Program-made: the position numbers and the translations under genes
NCBI GenBank assembly: GCA_021785515.1
Contig: JAJYEX010000006.1
Location: forward strand, 32,887 to 96,886
Origin: Pseudomonadota bacterium
GTDB lineage: Bacteria; Pseudomonadota; Gammaproteobacteria; Acidiferrobacterales; UBA6901
Direction of reading: 5' to 3'
Length of the DNA stretch: 64,000 nt
The notes under the pieces: model-generated
The model's database searches: none
Told to the model about the DNA's origin: nothing
What the model saw: only the letters and a program-made list of their open reading frames with translations
Shown: positions 16,971 through 27,540 of the stretch, piece after piece
Position numbering within the stretch: position 1 is the stretch's first letter
Layout: the number at the start of each line of letters is the position of its first letter

Positions 16971-17063
16971 GCGTGCCTACACCTTCGGCCTGCGTGCTCC
17001 GCCGCAAAACGGGATGGACCGCTGCATGCTCGCCGCAGCGACGGACACACAGGGCTGCTCAAC

Positions 17064-17315
17064 ATGGATAGCTCCGGGACAGACTCAGGGTACCGCCCGA
17101 TTTCGTGCGCAAACCACGATGTTTTCGAGATCGCCATCCTTCATCGGACACCACTGCGCCTGACGTGGATGGAGGATGATATCTTGCACGAACAAACGCT
17201 GATGCCCGTCGACCTGGAAACCAGGGATCACCAGGAATTTTTGATTGGCCGGGCTTCCGACGGAAAAACGTTACGCCTGAGACTGGACTGGATACGCGAA
17301 TCCCGACCCGCCTAG
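17064..17315 (+). CDS. rof: Rho-binding antiterminator Rof-like protein
   Basis: 83 aa. YRPISCANHDVFEIAILHRTPLRLTW...KTLRLRLDWI parallels E. coli Rof (YQPINCDDYDNLELACQHH...RELRLDKI). Confidence 0.7.
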   Translation: MDSSGTDSGYRPISCANHDVFEIAILHRTPLRLTWMEDDILHEQTLMPVDLETRDHQEFLIGRASDGKTLRLRLDWIRESRPA

Positions 17316-17414
17316 CGCGTGCCGCCCAAAGGTAATATAGTTCCGAGCTGCCCAACGGCAGCACCCCATGAACGTGCAAATAACGCGGGAGAACAATCCG
17401 TGACTCGATATCGC

Positions 17415-17939
17415 ATGTCTGCTCGCAAAATCGCCATCCTGGCGTTGCTCTCTATGGCGGGACTTTCCGGATGCGTAAGCCTGCCACCGCCTGCCAGCGC
17501 GATCACAATTAATTCTGATCCATCCGGCGCGAACGTCATTGTTGGGAACAACCCTATTGGCACCACCCCGGTCCGGGTCGTGCTCGACAAGGTATTTCCG
17601 CGACACTGGACCGGACGCATCAAGAGCGACGTCGGTCCGGGTTTCGCGTTCTACCGGCGCCTGGAGACTGTAACCATCAAGAAAATCGGCTGCAAACCTT
17701 ATTCGAAACAGTACACCGGACACTACTTGAGACATGACTTCACCGTAAACCTGACTTGTGGACCGCAATACATGCCGACCCCGCAGGCGGCTCCTGCGCC
17801 CTTGGCGGGCGCGGCCTCGCCAAGCGGGTGTCCGACCGTCGAACAGCGTCTCCGCGAACTGCTGAGGCTCAAGAATCGGAATTTGATCACCGACAAGGAG
17901 TACCGTGAAGAGCAGCAGAGGATCCTGAAACAGCTTTAG
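17415..17939 (+). CDS. Lipoprotein with a PEGA domain and a C-terminal SHOCT domain
   Basis: The internal ATG gives MSARKIAILALLSMAGLSGC (lipobox LSGC). PEGA-like ITINSDPSGANVIVGNNPIGTTPVRV. C-terminal SHOCT-like LRELLRLKNRNLITDKEYREEQQRILKQL. Confidence 0.7.
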   Translation: MSARKIAILALLSMAGLSGCVSLPPPASAITINSDPSGANVIVGNNPIGTTPVRVVLDKVFPRHWTGRIKSDVGPGFAFYRRLETVTIKKIGCKPYSKQYTGHYLRHDFTVNLTCGPQYMPTPQAAPAPLAGAASPSGCPTVEQRLRELLRLKNRNLITDKEYREEQQRILKQL

Positions 17940-18390
17940 GCCGCTTCCTGGCAAACACGACGCGACAGGCCCCCGGAACGGGACGGTCCAGAGCAAAAAC
18001 GTGCGAGGTGTGACAGAGAAGCCGCGATCTGGATAATCCGGCGCCCAGGCCAGACCCCGTCGGCAGCCTGTACCGAGGCCGGTCCTGCTGCCCAATGGGA
18101 TGAAGCCCAGGCACACCTCGCACTGATCGGTGCCGGCCGGACACTCCCGACGGCTCCGCGTCGGTGCACCGTTTCGCAGAACCCCTTATAATGCCGACCT
18201 CTCCGGACCCGGCGGAAGGACAGGCGGCGCCGGGAGCGTAAGCCGGGCAGCGGAGACATGCGGAAGATCCCCTTGCCCGGCCGATACCAGGGCTTGGAAC
18301 AACAGGCGCGGGGCGGGGTACAATCACCGGTTCCGCACCCTTGCGGCGCCGAGCCGGAACCCGTCCAACCGATACCAAAGCAGAACCCAA

Positions 18391-19512
18391 ATGAACGTTG
18401 GCATACCCGTTGAAGTCTCAAAAGGCGAAACGCGCGTCGCCGCCACGCCTGAGACGGTAAAGAAGTTGTGCGCTCTCGGTCTCGACGTGCTTGTTCAGCG
18501 CGATGCGGGCCGCCTCTCGCATTTCACCGATGCTGCGTTCCAGCATGCAGGGGCCAAAGTCGTCGACAACGAACGGGCGCTGGCGGCCGATATCGTACTG
18601 AAAGTGCGCAGGCCGGAACCAGAGGAAGTGGCCCGTATGAAAAACGGCGCCATGCTGTTGAGCATGATGGCCCTTTGTAGCCACGAAGATATCCTGGATA
18701 TTCTGGCGGCACGCGGCGTCGATACGTTCGCGTTGGAGATGATCCCGCGCATTTCACGCGCCCAGGCGATGGACGTGCTGTCCTCGCAGTCCAACATCGC
18801 CGGGTACCGCGCTGTACTCGAGGCAGCGTACCTGTACGGCCGTTTTTTTCCGATGATGATGACCTCCGCAGGCTCGGCAAAACCGACGCGCCTGGTGGTG
18901 CTGGGTGCCGGGGTTGCTGGATTGCAGGCGATCGCCACTGCGCGTCGCCTGGGCGCACAGGTTTCTGCTTACGACGTGCGCCCGGAAGTTAAGGAACAGA
19001 TCATGTCCCTGGGGGCAAAGGTCATTGAGCTGGACCTGGGGGAATCAGGCTCCGGCAGCGGCGGCTATGCACGACAACTTTCCGGCGAAGCACAGGCCAG
19101 GCAGCAGCACCTGCTCACTGAAGAACTCAAGAAGGCGGATGTCATTATTTCCACCGCCCTCATTCCGTGCAGGCCGGCTCCGGTCCTGATCACCGAAGAT
19201 GCGGTCAAGGGAATGAACGAGGGGTCGGTGATCATCGACATGGCTGCCGCCAGCGGCGGCAATTGCCCGCTAACCGAGGCGGACCGGACCGTTACCAGGC
19301 ACGGCGTCACCCTTTGCGGCAACACGAATTTTCCGGCCCTCATGCCAGGCGACGCCAGCGCCTTCTACGCACGAAACCTGTTCAACTTCCTGTCGCTCCT
19401 GATTACTCCGTCTGAAGGGCGGCTACAGGTGAAAGACTACCTTGAAGACGAAATCACGGCGAGCGCCCTGATCACCCACAAGGGAACGGTGCGCTTCCAG
19501 GAAAAGAAATAG
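18391..19512 (+). CDS. pntAA: NAD(P) transhydrogenase subunit alpha, part 1
   Basis: [26 protein letters not shown]... with Rossmann motif [20 protein letters not shown]. The upstream 87 codons of the track ORF are Arg/Gly-rich non-coding sequence. Confidence 0.95.
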   Translation: MNVGIPVEVSKGETRVAATPETVKKLCALGLDVLVQRDAGRLSHFTDAAFQHAGAKVVDNERALAADIVLKVRRPEPEEVARMKNGAMLLSMMALCSHEDILDILAARGVDTFALEMIPRISRAQAMDVLSSQSNIAGYRAVLEAAYLYGRFFPMMMTSAGSAKPTRLVVLGAGVAGLQAIATARRLGAQVSAYDVRPEVKEQIMSLGAKVIELDLGESGSGSGGYARQLSGEAQARQQHLLTEELKKADVIISTALIPCRPAPVLITEDAVKGMNEGSVIIDMAAASGGNCPLTEADRTVTRHGVTLCGNTNFPALMPGDASAFYARNLFNFLSLLITPSEGRLQVKDYLEDEITASALITHKGTVRFQEKK

Positions 19513-19528
19513 CAACCGGGAGATATTC

Positions 19529-19813
19529 ATGTCGGCCTCAATGATTGCGCTCTATGTGTTCGTGCTCGCTTGTTTCGTGGGCTACTGGGTTGTCTGGGGA
19601 GTCACACCCTCACTGCACACGCCGCTACTGTCCCTAACTAACGCGATTTCCGGGATTATCATCGTCGGCGCCATCCTTGTGGCCGGTTTCGGCCATGGCG
19701 GCCGCGCCGCCGAAACCATCGGATTCATTGCGGTCACGCTGGCATCCGTCAACATATTCGGAGGCTTCGTGGTCACACAGCGCATGCTTTCCATGTTCCG
19801 GAAGAAAAAATAA
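19529..19813 (+). CDS. pntAB: NAD(P) transhydrogenase subunit alpha, part 2 (membrane)
   Basis: 94 aa, three TM helices, [19 protein letters not shown]. Confidence 0.9.
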   Translation: MSASMIALYVFVLACFVGYWVVWGVTPSLHTPLLSLTNAISGIIIVGAILVAGFGHGGRAAETIGFIAVTLASVNIFGGFVVTQRMLSMFRKKK

Positions 19814-19826
19814 GGGGCACAGCGGC

Positions 19827-21221
19827 ATGCAACTGACTGGCAACTATCTGGCACTCGCCTATCTCGTTTCGGCGACGCTGTTTATTCTCGGCCTGAAAGG
19901 GCTGACACACCCCGCAAGCGCGCGCCGCGGAAACTACTACGCGATGACCGGCATGCTGCTGGCGATCGTCGCCACGGTGCTCGATCCGGCCGTGAAATCG
20001 TACGGCTTTATCGTTGCCGGGGTTGTCGTCGGGGCAACAATCGGCACCGTGATTGCGCTCCGGATCCGCATGACGGCGATGCCGCAGCTGGTGGCAGCAC
20101 TACACAGTTTCGTCGGCCTGACGGCCGTTCTCGTTGCCGTTGGCACCTACCTTACTCACAGCCACGAAGACGCCCTGAACAGGGTGCTGATGACGGAACT
20201 GTTTGTAGGTGCATTCATCGGTGCCATCACCTTTACCGGGTCGCTGGTGGCATTTGGCAAGCTGCAGGGAATCATCTCCGGGAAACCGCTTCTGTTCCGG
20301 GGTCAGCACATTCTGAACCTGGCAATGGCGGTGGTAATGCTCGGATTCGGCCTGCAGTTTCTTCTGCACAACCACTTTTGGGCGCTGCTAGTCATGATTG
20401 CGCTGGCGCTGGCGCTGGGTATTCTGCTGATCGTCCCGATTGGCGGCGCCGACATGCCTGTCGTCGTATCCATGCTCAATTCCTATTCCGGCTGGGCCGC
20501 TGCCGCCACCGGCTTTACTCTCGGCAACAACCTGCTGATCATCACCGGTGCGCTTGTGGGTTTTTCCGGGGCAATCCTGTCCTACATCATGTCGCGCGCC
20601 ATGAACCGCTCCATCGTCAGCATAATACTCGGGGGTTTCGGGGGCGGCGAAGGCGCATCCGGGGCCAGCACGGCCACCGCCGGATCGAAAGGCATCAAGA
20701 CGGCTGCGGTCGAAGACGCCGCGTTCTTCATGACCAACGCCGCCAAGGTCATTGTGGTTCCCGGGTACGGCATGGCCGTTGCGCAGGCCCAGCACGCACT
20801 GAAGGAGCTTGCCGACATCCTTGAGAGCAAGGGGGTCACCGTTCATTTCGCGATTCATCCGGTTGCCGGCCGGATGCCGGGACACATGAACGTGCTGCTG
20901 GCGGAAGCGGACGTGCCGTACGATCACGTTTTCGAGATGGAGGAGATCAATCCGGAATTTGCGACGGCTGATGTCGCGCTTGTGGTGGGGGCCAACGACG
21001 TAACCAACCCGGCGGCCAAGAGCGACAAGTCGAGTCCGATCTACGGGATGCCGATTCTCGATGTGTACCGCGCACGTCAGATATTCTTCGTCAAGCGCAG
21101 CATGAACCCGGGGTATTCCGGCGTGGAAAACCAGCTCTTCTACCAAGAGAACTGCTCACTGGTCTTTGGAGACGCGAAGAAGGTCTGCGAAAAAATGGTC
21201 CTGGAGCTGAAGGCCGTCTGA
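19827..21221 (+). CDS. pntB: NAD(P) transhydrogenase subunit beta
   Basis: Starts at MQLTGNYLALAYLVSATLFILGLKGL. C-terminal NADP(H) domain VIVVPGYGMAVAQAQH...HPVAGRMPGHMNVLLAEA. The track ORF start at 19677 overlaps pntAB. Confidence 0.95.
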   Translation: MQLTGNYLALAYLVSATLFILGLKGLTHPASARRGNYYAMTGMLLAIVATVLDPAVKSYGFIVAGVVVGATIGTVIALRIRMTAMPQLVAALHSFVGLTAVLVAVGTYLTHSHEDALNRVLMTELFVGAFIGAITFTGSLVAFGKLQGIISGKPLLFRGQHILNLAMAVVMLGFGLQFLLHNHFWALLVMIALALALGILLIVPIGGADMPVVVSMLNSYSGWAAAATGFTLGNNLLIITGALVGFSGAILSYIMSRAMNRSIVSIILGGFGGGEGASGASTATAGSKGIKTAAVEDAAFFMTNAAKVIVVPGYGMAVAQAQHALKELADILESKGVTVHFAIHPVAGRMPGHMNVLLAEADVPYDHVFEMEEINPEFATADVALVVGANDVTNPAAKSDKSSPIYGMPILDVYRARQIFFVKRSMNPGYSGVENQLFYQENCSLVFGDAKKVCEKMVLELKAV

Positions 21222-21248
21222 GGCGTATCGAGCGTCTCCTGTGTTCTC

Positions 21249-21950
21249 CTACACCGAACGCCGGAAGATGAGCTCCCAGACATCATGCCCGAGCCGCTGA
21301 CCGCGACGCTCGAACTTGGTATAGGGGCGGTCCTCGGAGCGTGAGGCGAACAGGCCCGGGCCGGCACAGTTTTCGAACCCTTGCGCCCCGGTCAGCACTG
21401 TCATCATTTGCTGGGCGTAGGGCTCCCAGTCCGTCACTGCATGCAGATACCCGCCGACGATCAGCCGGCTGTGCAGGATTTCGAGAAACGCCGGCTGCAG
21501 CAGGCGACGCTTGTGGTGACGGGCTTTAGGCCAGGGGTCCGGAAAGAACAGGTGCACCCCCGATAATTGCTTGTCCCCTATCCGGCTCACAAGTACCGAA
21601 CGGGCGTCGTCACAGATCACCCGGACGTTAGTTATGGCCTGCGCGTCCAGGGTCTGCAGCAAGCGCCCGATACCCGGTCTATGAACCTCGACACCCAGAT
21701 AGTTCCGCTCGGGACTGGCTGCGGCCATGGTATGCAGCGCCTGCCCGTCACCAAACCCGATCTCGAGAATGACGGGCGCATCACGGCCGAAGAGCGCGGC
21801 CAGATCAAGCTGTGAGCCGCCGTCATCAACGCCAAAGCGCGGCCACAACTCCGATAGCGCACGGCGCTGGGCCGCCGTGATGCGGCCCTCGCGACGCACA
21901 TAACTGCGGATCTGGCGCAACGGCGGATTCGTTTTGTGGACCCCACTCAT
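21249..21950 (-). CDS. trmB: tRNA (guanine-N7)-methyltransferase
   Basis: 233 aa with VILEIGFGDGQAL, LFFPDPWPKARHHKRR. Confidence 0.9.
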   Translation of the reverse strand: MSGVHKTNPPLRQIRSYVRREGRITAAQRRALSELWPRFGVDDGGSQLDLAALFGRDAPVILEIGFGDGQALHTMAAASPERNYLGVEVHRPGIGRLLQTLDAQAITNVRVICDDARSVLVSRIGDKQLSGVHLFFPDPWPKARHHKRRLLQPAFLEILHSRLIVGGYLHAVTDWEPYAQQMMTVLTGAQGFENCAGPGLFASRSEDRPYTKFERRGQRLGHDVWELIFRRSV

Positions 21951-22000
21951 TACCTGCGCCTCTCGGGCAGCTTAAGCGAATGCAGGAGAGAGTGGGCGCC

Positions 22001-22822
22001 CTAGAAGAAGGTACCGTCGATCGGAGAAGATGCCGAGGCATGGAGCTTGCGCGGCATGCGCCCGGCCAGGTAAGCGTCCCGCCCCGCTTCAACGGCCTTC
22101 CTCATGGCGGTCGCCATCAGCACCGGATTGCGCGCCGCCGCAATGGCAGTGTTCATCAGGACGCCGTCGCAGCCAAGCTCCATGGCCACCGCGGCATCGC
22201 TCGCTGTCCCTACGCCGGCATCAACCAGGATCGGAACCCGGGCATTCTCGACAATAATGCGGATATTGTAGGGATTCCGGATCCCGAGACCCGATCCTAT
22301 CGGTGCGGCCAATGGCATCACCGCCACGCAGCCCAGCTCTTCGAAACGTTTCGCCATGACAGGATCGTCGGTGGTGTACACCATGACCTGAAAACCCTCC
22401 TTTACAAGGATCTCAGCAGCGCTCAAGGTCTTCGGAATATCCGGAAATAGCGTTTTTTCGTCGCCCAGGACCTCAAGCTTCACCAGGTTGTGGCCATCGA
22501 GCAGCTCACGTGCCATGCGACAGGTCCGTACCGCATCTTCCACTGTGTAGCACCCTGCCGTATTCGGCAAAAGTGTGTAACGCTGCGGCGGCAGAACCTC
22601 GAGCAGGTTCGGTTCCTTGGGATTCTGGCCGATATTGGTGCGTCGGATCGCAACAGTCACGATCTCGGCGCCGCTCGCTTCGACCGCACGCCGCGTTTCG
22701 TCAAGATCGCGGTACTTTCCGGTGCCCACGAGCAGCCGCGACCGGTACTCGCGTCCTGCAATCGTCAAAACATCATTCGAGCCAGCCGGCTGTCGCGACT
22801 GCGATATCGCCACTGTCATCAA
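22001..22822 (-). CDS. thiG: Thiazole synthase
   Basis: 273 aa with [32 protein letters not shown]. Confidence 0.95.
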   Translation of the reverse strand: MMTVAISQSRQPAGSNDVLTIAGREYRSRLLVGTGKYRDLDETRRAVEASGAEIVTVAIRRTNIGQNPKEPNLLEVLPPQRYTLLPNTAGCYTVEDAVRTCRMARELLDGHNLVKLEVLGDEKTLFPDIPKTLSAAEILVKEGFQVMVYTTDDPVMAKRFEELGCVAVMPLAAPIGSGLGIRNPYNIRIIVENARVPILVDAGVGTASDAAVAMELGCDGVLMNTAIAAARNPVLMATAMRKAVEAGRDAYLAGRMPRKLHASASSPIDGTFF

Positions 22823-23019
22823 CCACCCCCTATCGCGACCACGACTTCGACACGGTCATTGTCACCCAGAACACGCTTCGCGTGCATGCTGCGCGGCACA
22901 ATTTCGTGATTGACCTCTACCGCCACCCGTCTATCAGCCACCCCCAGGTCACGGAGCAGCACGGCCACGGTAGGGGCTTCATCCAGGGTCTTTTCAGTGC
23001 CATTGAGCAGGATTTTCAT
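22819..23019 (-). CDS. thiS: Sulfur carrier protein ThiS
   Basis: 66 aa from the internal ATG ([10 protein letters not shown]...), ending in GG (VAIGGG). The stop overlaps the thiG start (ATGA). Confidence 0.85.
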   Translation of the reverse strand: MKILLNGTEKTLDEAPTVAVLLRDLGVADRRVAVEVNHEIVPRSMHAKRVLGDNDRVEVVVAIGGG

Positions 23020-23128
23020 AGGTCTTCCCGTAGGCGGAACCACGACCGAACCCCTACGCAAACCGCCTTAAACTGGATATGATATTCTATCGTCGGCGGA
23101 CCAACAATGCAGCTGGGATCCGCACCGC

Positions 23129-23202
23129 GCGGGTGTAGTTCAATGGTAGAACGAAAGCTTCCCAAGCTTTAGACGTGGGTTCGATTCCCATCACCCGCTC
23201 CA
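23129..23202 (+). tRNA. tRNA-Gly (anticodon CCC)
   Basis: Manual cloverleaf: acceptor GCGGGTG/CACCCGC, D arm GTTC..GAAC, anticodon arm AAAGC-TTCCCAA-GCTTT, T arm GTGGG-TTCGATT-CCCAT, encoded CCA. Confidence 0.9.
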
Positions 23203-23295
23203 ATCATCTCGACGTGGCGCCGGACGTGACCGGCGCCACGGTGATGCGCAGTCTTCCTGTATTCACGAAATACGGCGGCAGATCCAGAGGGAAGT

Positions 23296-25227
23296 ATGAA
23301 AAAAACTCTAAAAGTCATCGGCGTCTTGCTGGGAATTCTGGTCATCCTTCTCGTCATAGCCGCGGTCATTGCAACGCTGACGTTCAATCCAAACCGCTAC
23401 AAGGGTGAAATTACGCGCCTGGTGGAAAAGCAGACCGGACGTACACTCACCATAGGCGGAAAGATTTCCCTTTCGTTCTTCCCCTGGATCGGCGCAGAGG
23501 TTAACACGGTATCCCTATCCAACGCGCCCGGATTCGGCAGCGGCCCGTTTGCCCAGGTCGCAAGGGTGGGCATTAAGGTAAAACTACTCCCGCTGTTGCG
23601 CCGGAAGGTGGAAGTAGACCAGATCATCATAGATGGCCTCAAGCTTAAACTGATTAAGGATCGTTATGGTCGCGGAGACTGGCAGGGGCTCGCCGGACAG
23701 AGCAAGCCGACCGCGGCGGCGACTCCCGGGAAAACTGCAACGCCGCCGGTGGCAGGACTTTTTGTGGGCGGCATCAACGTGCAAAACAGTGAAGTCGTCT
23801 GGGACAACGAGCAGAAAGGGCAGCGGTATACGGTGCGAAACCTGGACTTCCAGACCGGCCAGCTCGGCTCGGGGAAATTGACGGATGTCAGCCTCGGGTT
23901 CGACCTCGATTCCGGTAGTCCACCGCTCAAGACGCGCGTAACGCTCAAAGCCCGGCTCGCAATTGATCTCGGGAAGCAGACGCTCGACGTCCCACATGCG
24001 ACCCTGGAGGCAGCCGGCGTTAAGGTCCGGCTAACCAAGCTGCAAGGCACGCGGATTCTTGCAAAACCCGCATTTAAAGGAAATCTGGAGATTCCGTCCT
24101 TTAATCCCCGCCGGCTTCTGGATCGTCTCGGCATCCGGTATCAGCCAAATGACCCGCACGCGTTGACGAAAGTGGCGTTCGATGGGCCATTCAGCGTTTC
24201 GGCGACGGGCGTGGCCCTCCGGGGATTCCGGCTAAGCCTTGATACCAGCACCCTGAACGGCTCATTCGAGCTGTCTGACTTCAGCCATCCCGCCTACCGG
24301 TTCGACCTTAACCTGGACAAGATCGACCTCGACAATTACCTGCCACGCTCGTCGGCACCCGCACCGAAGGCGCAACCTGCGCCAACAACCCGCGCGACCG
24401 TGGTCCTGCCGCTTGCGGCGCTGCGTGCCCTCGACATAAACGGAATTGTGAAGGTACAGAAGCTTACGGCCACGAACATCCACACGAGCAATGTCCGCGC
24501 GAGCATCCTGGCTAATCACGGAGTGATCGTGCTGAATCCCCTGCAGGCGCAGCTGTACGGCGGCAGCTATCGCGGTTCGGTCAAGATCGACGCACGCGGC
24601 CGGATACCGTATTTCTTCATGAATGAGCAGCTCCAGGCGGTCCAGGTCGGCCCATTGCTCAAGGACATGCAGGTATTCAGTCACTTTACCGGTACGGGCA
24701 ACCTGGCGTTCAACCTGGACGCCCACGGACTCACACCGCAGCAGATCACATCAAACCTGAACGGCAACGGCTCGTTCGCGCTGCGCAACGGAAGCATAAA
24801 AGGCGTCGATCTCATTACGATGATTAATCGGACCAGGGCAATTGCGGAACAACTGCGCGGCAAGCCGGTCGGCGCCCAGCTATCGCATGGAGGCACCACG
24901 GTGTTTAACAGCCTTACGGGCACGGTGCATATTACGAATGGTGTGGCCCACAACAACGATCTCGTGCTCAATTCGCCAACGCTGGCTGCTACCGGCAGCG
25001 GCAGTGCGAACCTCGTGGCCCAGAACATGGATTACACACTCAGGGTTACCATGGACCGGGATAACCCGTCCAAGAGGGTTACGGTTCCGGTGACAATCAG
25101 GGGTCCGTTCAAGGCACTGACATATCACGTCGACTGGAGCGACATCATCAAGCGGCAGGCCGAAAAGACAATAAAGCAGCAGCTGCGCAAACAGCTTGAC
25201 CAGGGCTTGCGCCGGCTTCTGCAGTGA
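23296..25227 (+). CDS. asmA: AsmA family outer-membrane assembly protein
   Basis: 643 aa with an N-terminal anchor MKKTLKVIGVLLGILVILLVIAAVIA. Long beta-rich body, with the AsmA C-terminal region GSIKGVDL...LNSPTLAATGSGSANL. Confidence 0.85.
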   Translation: MKKTLKVIGVLLGILVILLVIAAVIATLTFNPNRYKGEITRLVEKQTGRTLTIGGKISLSFFPWIGAEVNTVSLSNAPGFGSGPFAQVARVGIKVKLLPLLRRKVEVDQIIIDGLKLKLIKDRYGRGDWQGLAGQSKPTAAATPGKTATPPVAGLFVGGINVQNSEVVWDNEQKGQRYTVRNLDFQTGQLGSGKLTDVSLGFDLDSGSPPLKTRVTLKARLAIDLGKQTLDVPHATLEAAGVKVRLTKLQGTRILAKPAFKGNLEIPSFNPRRLLDRLGIRYQPNDPHALTKVAFDGPFSVSATGVALRGFRLSLDTSTLNGSFELSDFSHPAYRFDLNLDKIDLDNYLPRSSAPAPKAQPAPTTRATVVLPLAALRALDINGIVKVQKLTATNIHTSNVRASILANHGVIVLNPLQAQLYGGSYRGSVKIDARGRIPYFFMNEQLQAVQVGPLLKDMQVFSHFTGTGNLAFNLDAHGLTPQQITSNLNGNGSFALRNGSIKGVDLITMINRTRAIAEQLRGKPVGAQLSHGGTTVFNSLTGTVHITNGVAHNNDLVLNSPTLAATGSGSANLVAQNMDYTLRVTMDRDNPSKRVTVPVTIRGPFKALTYHVDWSDIIKRQAEKTIKQQLRKQLDQGLRRLLQ

Positions 25228-25379
25228 TCCGGGAAACGGCACCACCGCAGCCGCTTCTAGGCGTGACCGAGGCAGCAGCACCCCGCCCGCGGACAGCCTG
25301 CGATGTCAGTATGGTCCGGGTGTCATCATGACGCGCGCCATGCCGGCACGCACGCGGCATGGTGCATTAGGGTCAGGCT

Positions 25380-26438
25380 ATGACTGCTGAGCGGAACTTC
25401 AGCACAGCCGTTCTGCGCTGGTTCGACTCCAGCGGCCGCAAGGACCTGCCATGGCAGGTCAGTTGTGACCCCTACTCCATCTGGGTTTCCGAGATCATGC
25501 TGCAGCAGACCCAGGTTGCCACGGTAATTCCCTATTACCGGCGGTTCATGGAGCGGTTTCCAGATATCGCGACGCTTGCAAGCGCTCACATCGACGAGGT
25601 GCTGCATCTGTGGACCGGCCTCGGATACTACGCGCGCGGCCGCAACCTCCACCGTGCGGCTGTGGAGATCGTTGTTCAGCACGGAGGACATTTCCCGCAA
25701 TCATTCGCCGACGTATGTACCCTGCCAGGGATCGGGAGATCGACGGCCGGAGCCATCCTGGCGTTCGCCTACGGACAGCGCCATCCCATCCTGGACGGCA
25801 ACGTGAAGAGGGTTTTGGCGCGTTACCACGGGGTGTCTGGGCAAGCCGGTACCCGCACGGTTGAGCAACACCTCTGGGCTCTGGCAGCCGCGCATTTACC
25901 CGAGATCCGGATAGGCAATTACACCCAGGCAATCATGGACCTTGGTGCAACAGTTTGCCGGCGTCGGCGACCGGACTGCAAATCCTGCCCGGTCGCCGAC
26001 AGCTGCGTTGCCCGCGCCCAAGGAAATGCAGAAACCTACCCCGTCCGGGGGCAGCGGCGGGTCCTTCCGGTAAAGGAAGTCTGGATGATTCTCCTGCGGG
26101 ACCGCAGGGGCCTGGTTTTGCTGGAGCAACGTCCACCATCAGGCATCTGGGGTGGATTGTGGGGACTGCCCGAATGCAACACTGGCCTGGATGCCGGTAG
26201 TTGGTGCCGGAGAGAATATGGGCTCGATGTCGCGGTTGATGAATCCTGGCCGACGCTCCGGCACCGATTCACCCATTTCCAGCTCGACATCACCCCCATA
26301 CCCGCGCGAGTCTTAGGGGAAAACCCGCAAGCCATGGAGAACTCGCGCACAGTTTGGTATAACGTTCACGAGCCGGATGCGCGCGGTCTTGCAACCCCGG
26401 TGAAGCGATTGCTGCAGCAGCTGAGGACCTTGTCGTGA
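25380..26438 (+). CDS. mutY: A/G-specific adenine DNA glycosylase
   Basis: [25 protein letters not shown], HhH-GPD motif [15 protein letters not shown], Fe-S cluster C-x6-C-x2-C-x5-C ([17 protein letters not shown]), and a NUDIX-like C-domain. Confidence 0.95.
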   Translation: MTAERNFSTAVLRWFDSSGRKDLPWQVSCDPYSIWVSEIMLQQTQVATVIPYYRRFMERFPDIATLASAHIDEVLHLWTGLGYYARGRNLHRAAVEIVVQHGGHFPQSFADVCTLPGIGRSTAGAILAFAYGQRHPILDGNVKRVLARYHGVSGQAGTRTVEQHLWALAAAHLPEIRIGNYTQAIMDLGATVCRRRRPDCKSCPVADSCVARAQGNAETYPVRGQRRVLPVKEVWMILLRDRRGLVLLEQRPPSGIWGGLWGLPECNTGLDAGSWCRREYGLDVAVDESWPTLRHRFTHFQLDITPIPARVLGENPQAMENSRTVWYNVHEPDARGLATPVKRLLQQLRTLS

Positions 26439-26713
26439 CCCGTACGGTGAAATGTGTAAAGCTCGGCAAAGATGCGCCGGGCCTGGATTACCCTCCCTAT
26501 CCGGGAGAACTGGGCAAGAAAATCTTTGAGAATGTTTCGAAGGAAGCATGGCAGCTGTGGTTGAGCCACCAGACCATGCTGATCAACGAGTATCGCATCA
26601 GCCCTCTCGATCCCAAGGCACGCAAGTTTGTCGAAGGGGAAATGGAGAAATTCTTCTTCGGCGAAGGATCGCAGTTGCCGGAAGGCTACCGCCCCCAAGC
26701 AAGCAAGAAATAG
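26435..26713 (+). CDS. yggX: Oxidative damage protection / Fe(2+)-trafficking protein YggX
   Basis: GTG start overlapping the mutY stop. [48 protein letters not shown]. Confidence 0.9.
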   Translation: MTRTVKCVKLGKDAPGLDYPPYPGELGKKIFENVSKEAWQLWLSHQTMLINEYRISPLDPKARKFVEGEMEKFFFGEGSQLPEGYRPQASKK

Positions 26714-26815
26714 CGGCGGCGGCCCACGAAGAGGTCAGGTGGCTGCGGGAAACCTGGGCGGCCAGGGGCCCCGCGTCGGAGCACCGGCCGCTACGCGGTC
26801 ATGTCTACTCGAAAA

Positions 26816-27448
26816 TCACGCTCCGGGTTTCGCCTCCAGGACGGAGCGATCCGGGCGTATCTCGCGAATCAGGCGCCCGAAAGCGGCCTTGTCCACGGAA
26901 CCGACGTGGACCCCGATCCGGCCGTTGCGATATCGCCACATGATGAGCGGCACCACGTCGGGCCCAATCTGCCGGAACAAGAACATATTCCTGGCAAGGG
27001 CGGCCTCGGTGGTCCCCGAAGGCCGTATCGGCACGATGCCGCCGCCGCCAGGGTGGCGATACCCGTTCTCGTTCTTCGCCAGGGCCGCAGGCCGGTCTTT
27101 GGCTTCCAGGATGGCTGCCGCTTTGCCCTCACTCGAAGATACGAGCAGCCCCAGAGGAATCCAGTGCATTTCCACCTGGCCGGTGCGCACAAACGGCTGC
27201 GAGACATCGTACAGATAGTGGCAGTACGGGCAATTTGGATCGAAAAAGACATACATGGCGCGGGGGCTGTGCCCGTCCGTCACCCACCGCGCGTCCCGCA
27301 GATGATTAAATACGGCAGCTGCCGCCGTGTGACCGGTCGCCGCGCGGTCCAAATGCCGGCCCCCGGCGATCGCTACCTGCAACGCCGCCACCACGGCCAG
27401 GAGAGCGCACAGCATCGTACGGCGGTAGCGAGACCCGATCAGCAGCAT
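26816..27448 (-). CDS. Periplasmic thioredoxin-fold thiol:disulfide interchange protein, DsbG/DsbC-like
   Basis: Internal ATG followed by a signal peptide (MLLIGSRYRRTMLCALLAVVAALQVAIA). The CPYC active site sits in FFDPNCPYCHYLY. At about 210 aa it appears to lack most of the DsbC/G dimerisation domain. Confidence 0.75.
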   Translation of the reverse strand: MLLIGSRYRRTMLCALLAVVAALQVAIAGGRHLDRAATGHTAAAAVFNHLRDARWVTDGHSPRAMYVFFDPNCPYCHYLYDVSQPFVRTGQVEMHWIPLGLLVSSSEGKAAAILEAKDRPAALAKNENGYRHPGGGGIVPIRPSGTTEAALARNMFLFRQIGPDVVPLIMWRYRNGRIGVHVGSVDKAAFGRLIREIRPDRSVLEAKPGA

Positions 27449-27540
27449 GTCCGATTCCCCCCGCCGGTTCACGCTATGCGCCGGCACTGGACACCCGGGA
27501 AGCCGCCTGGCAACGCGCCTGTGCAAGCCAAATCGCCCAT

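Noticed and set aside
23020-23128. A TPP riboswitch was expected upstream of thiS.
   Set aside because: The conserved THI-box core is not present in this 110-nt spacer on either strand.
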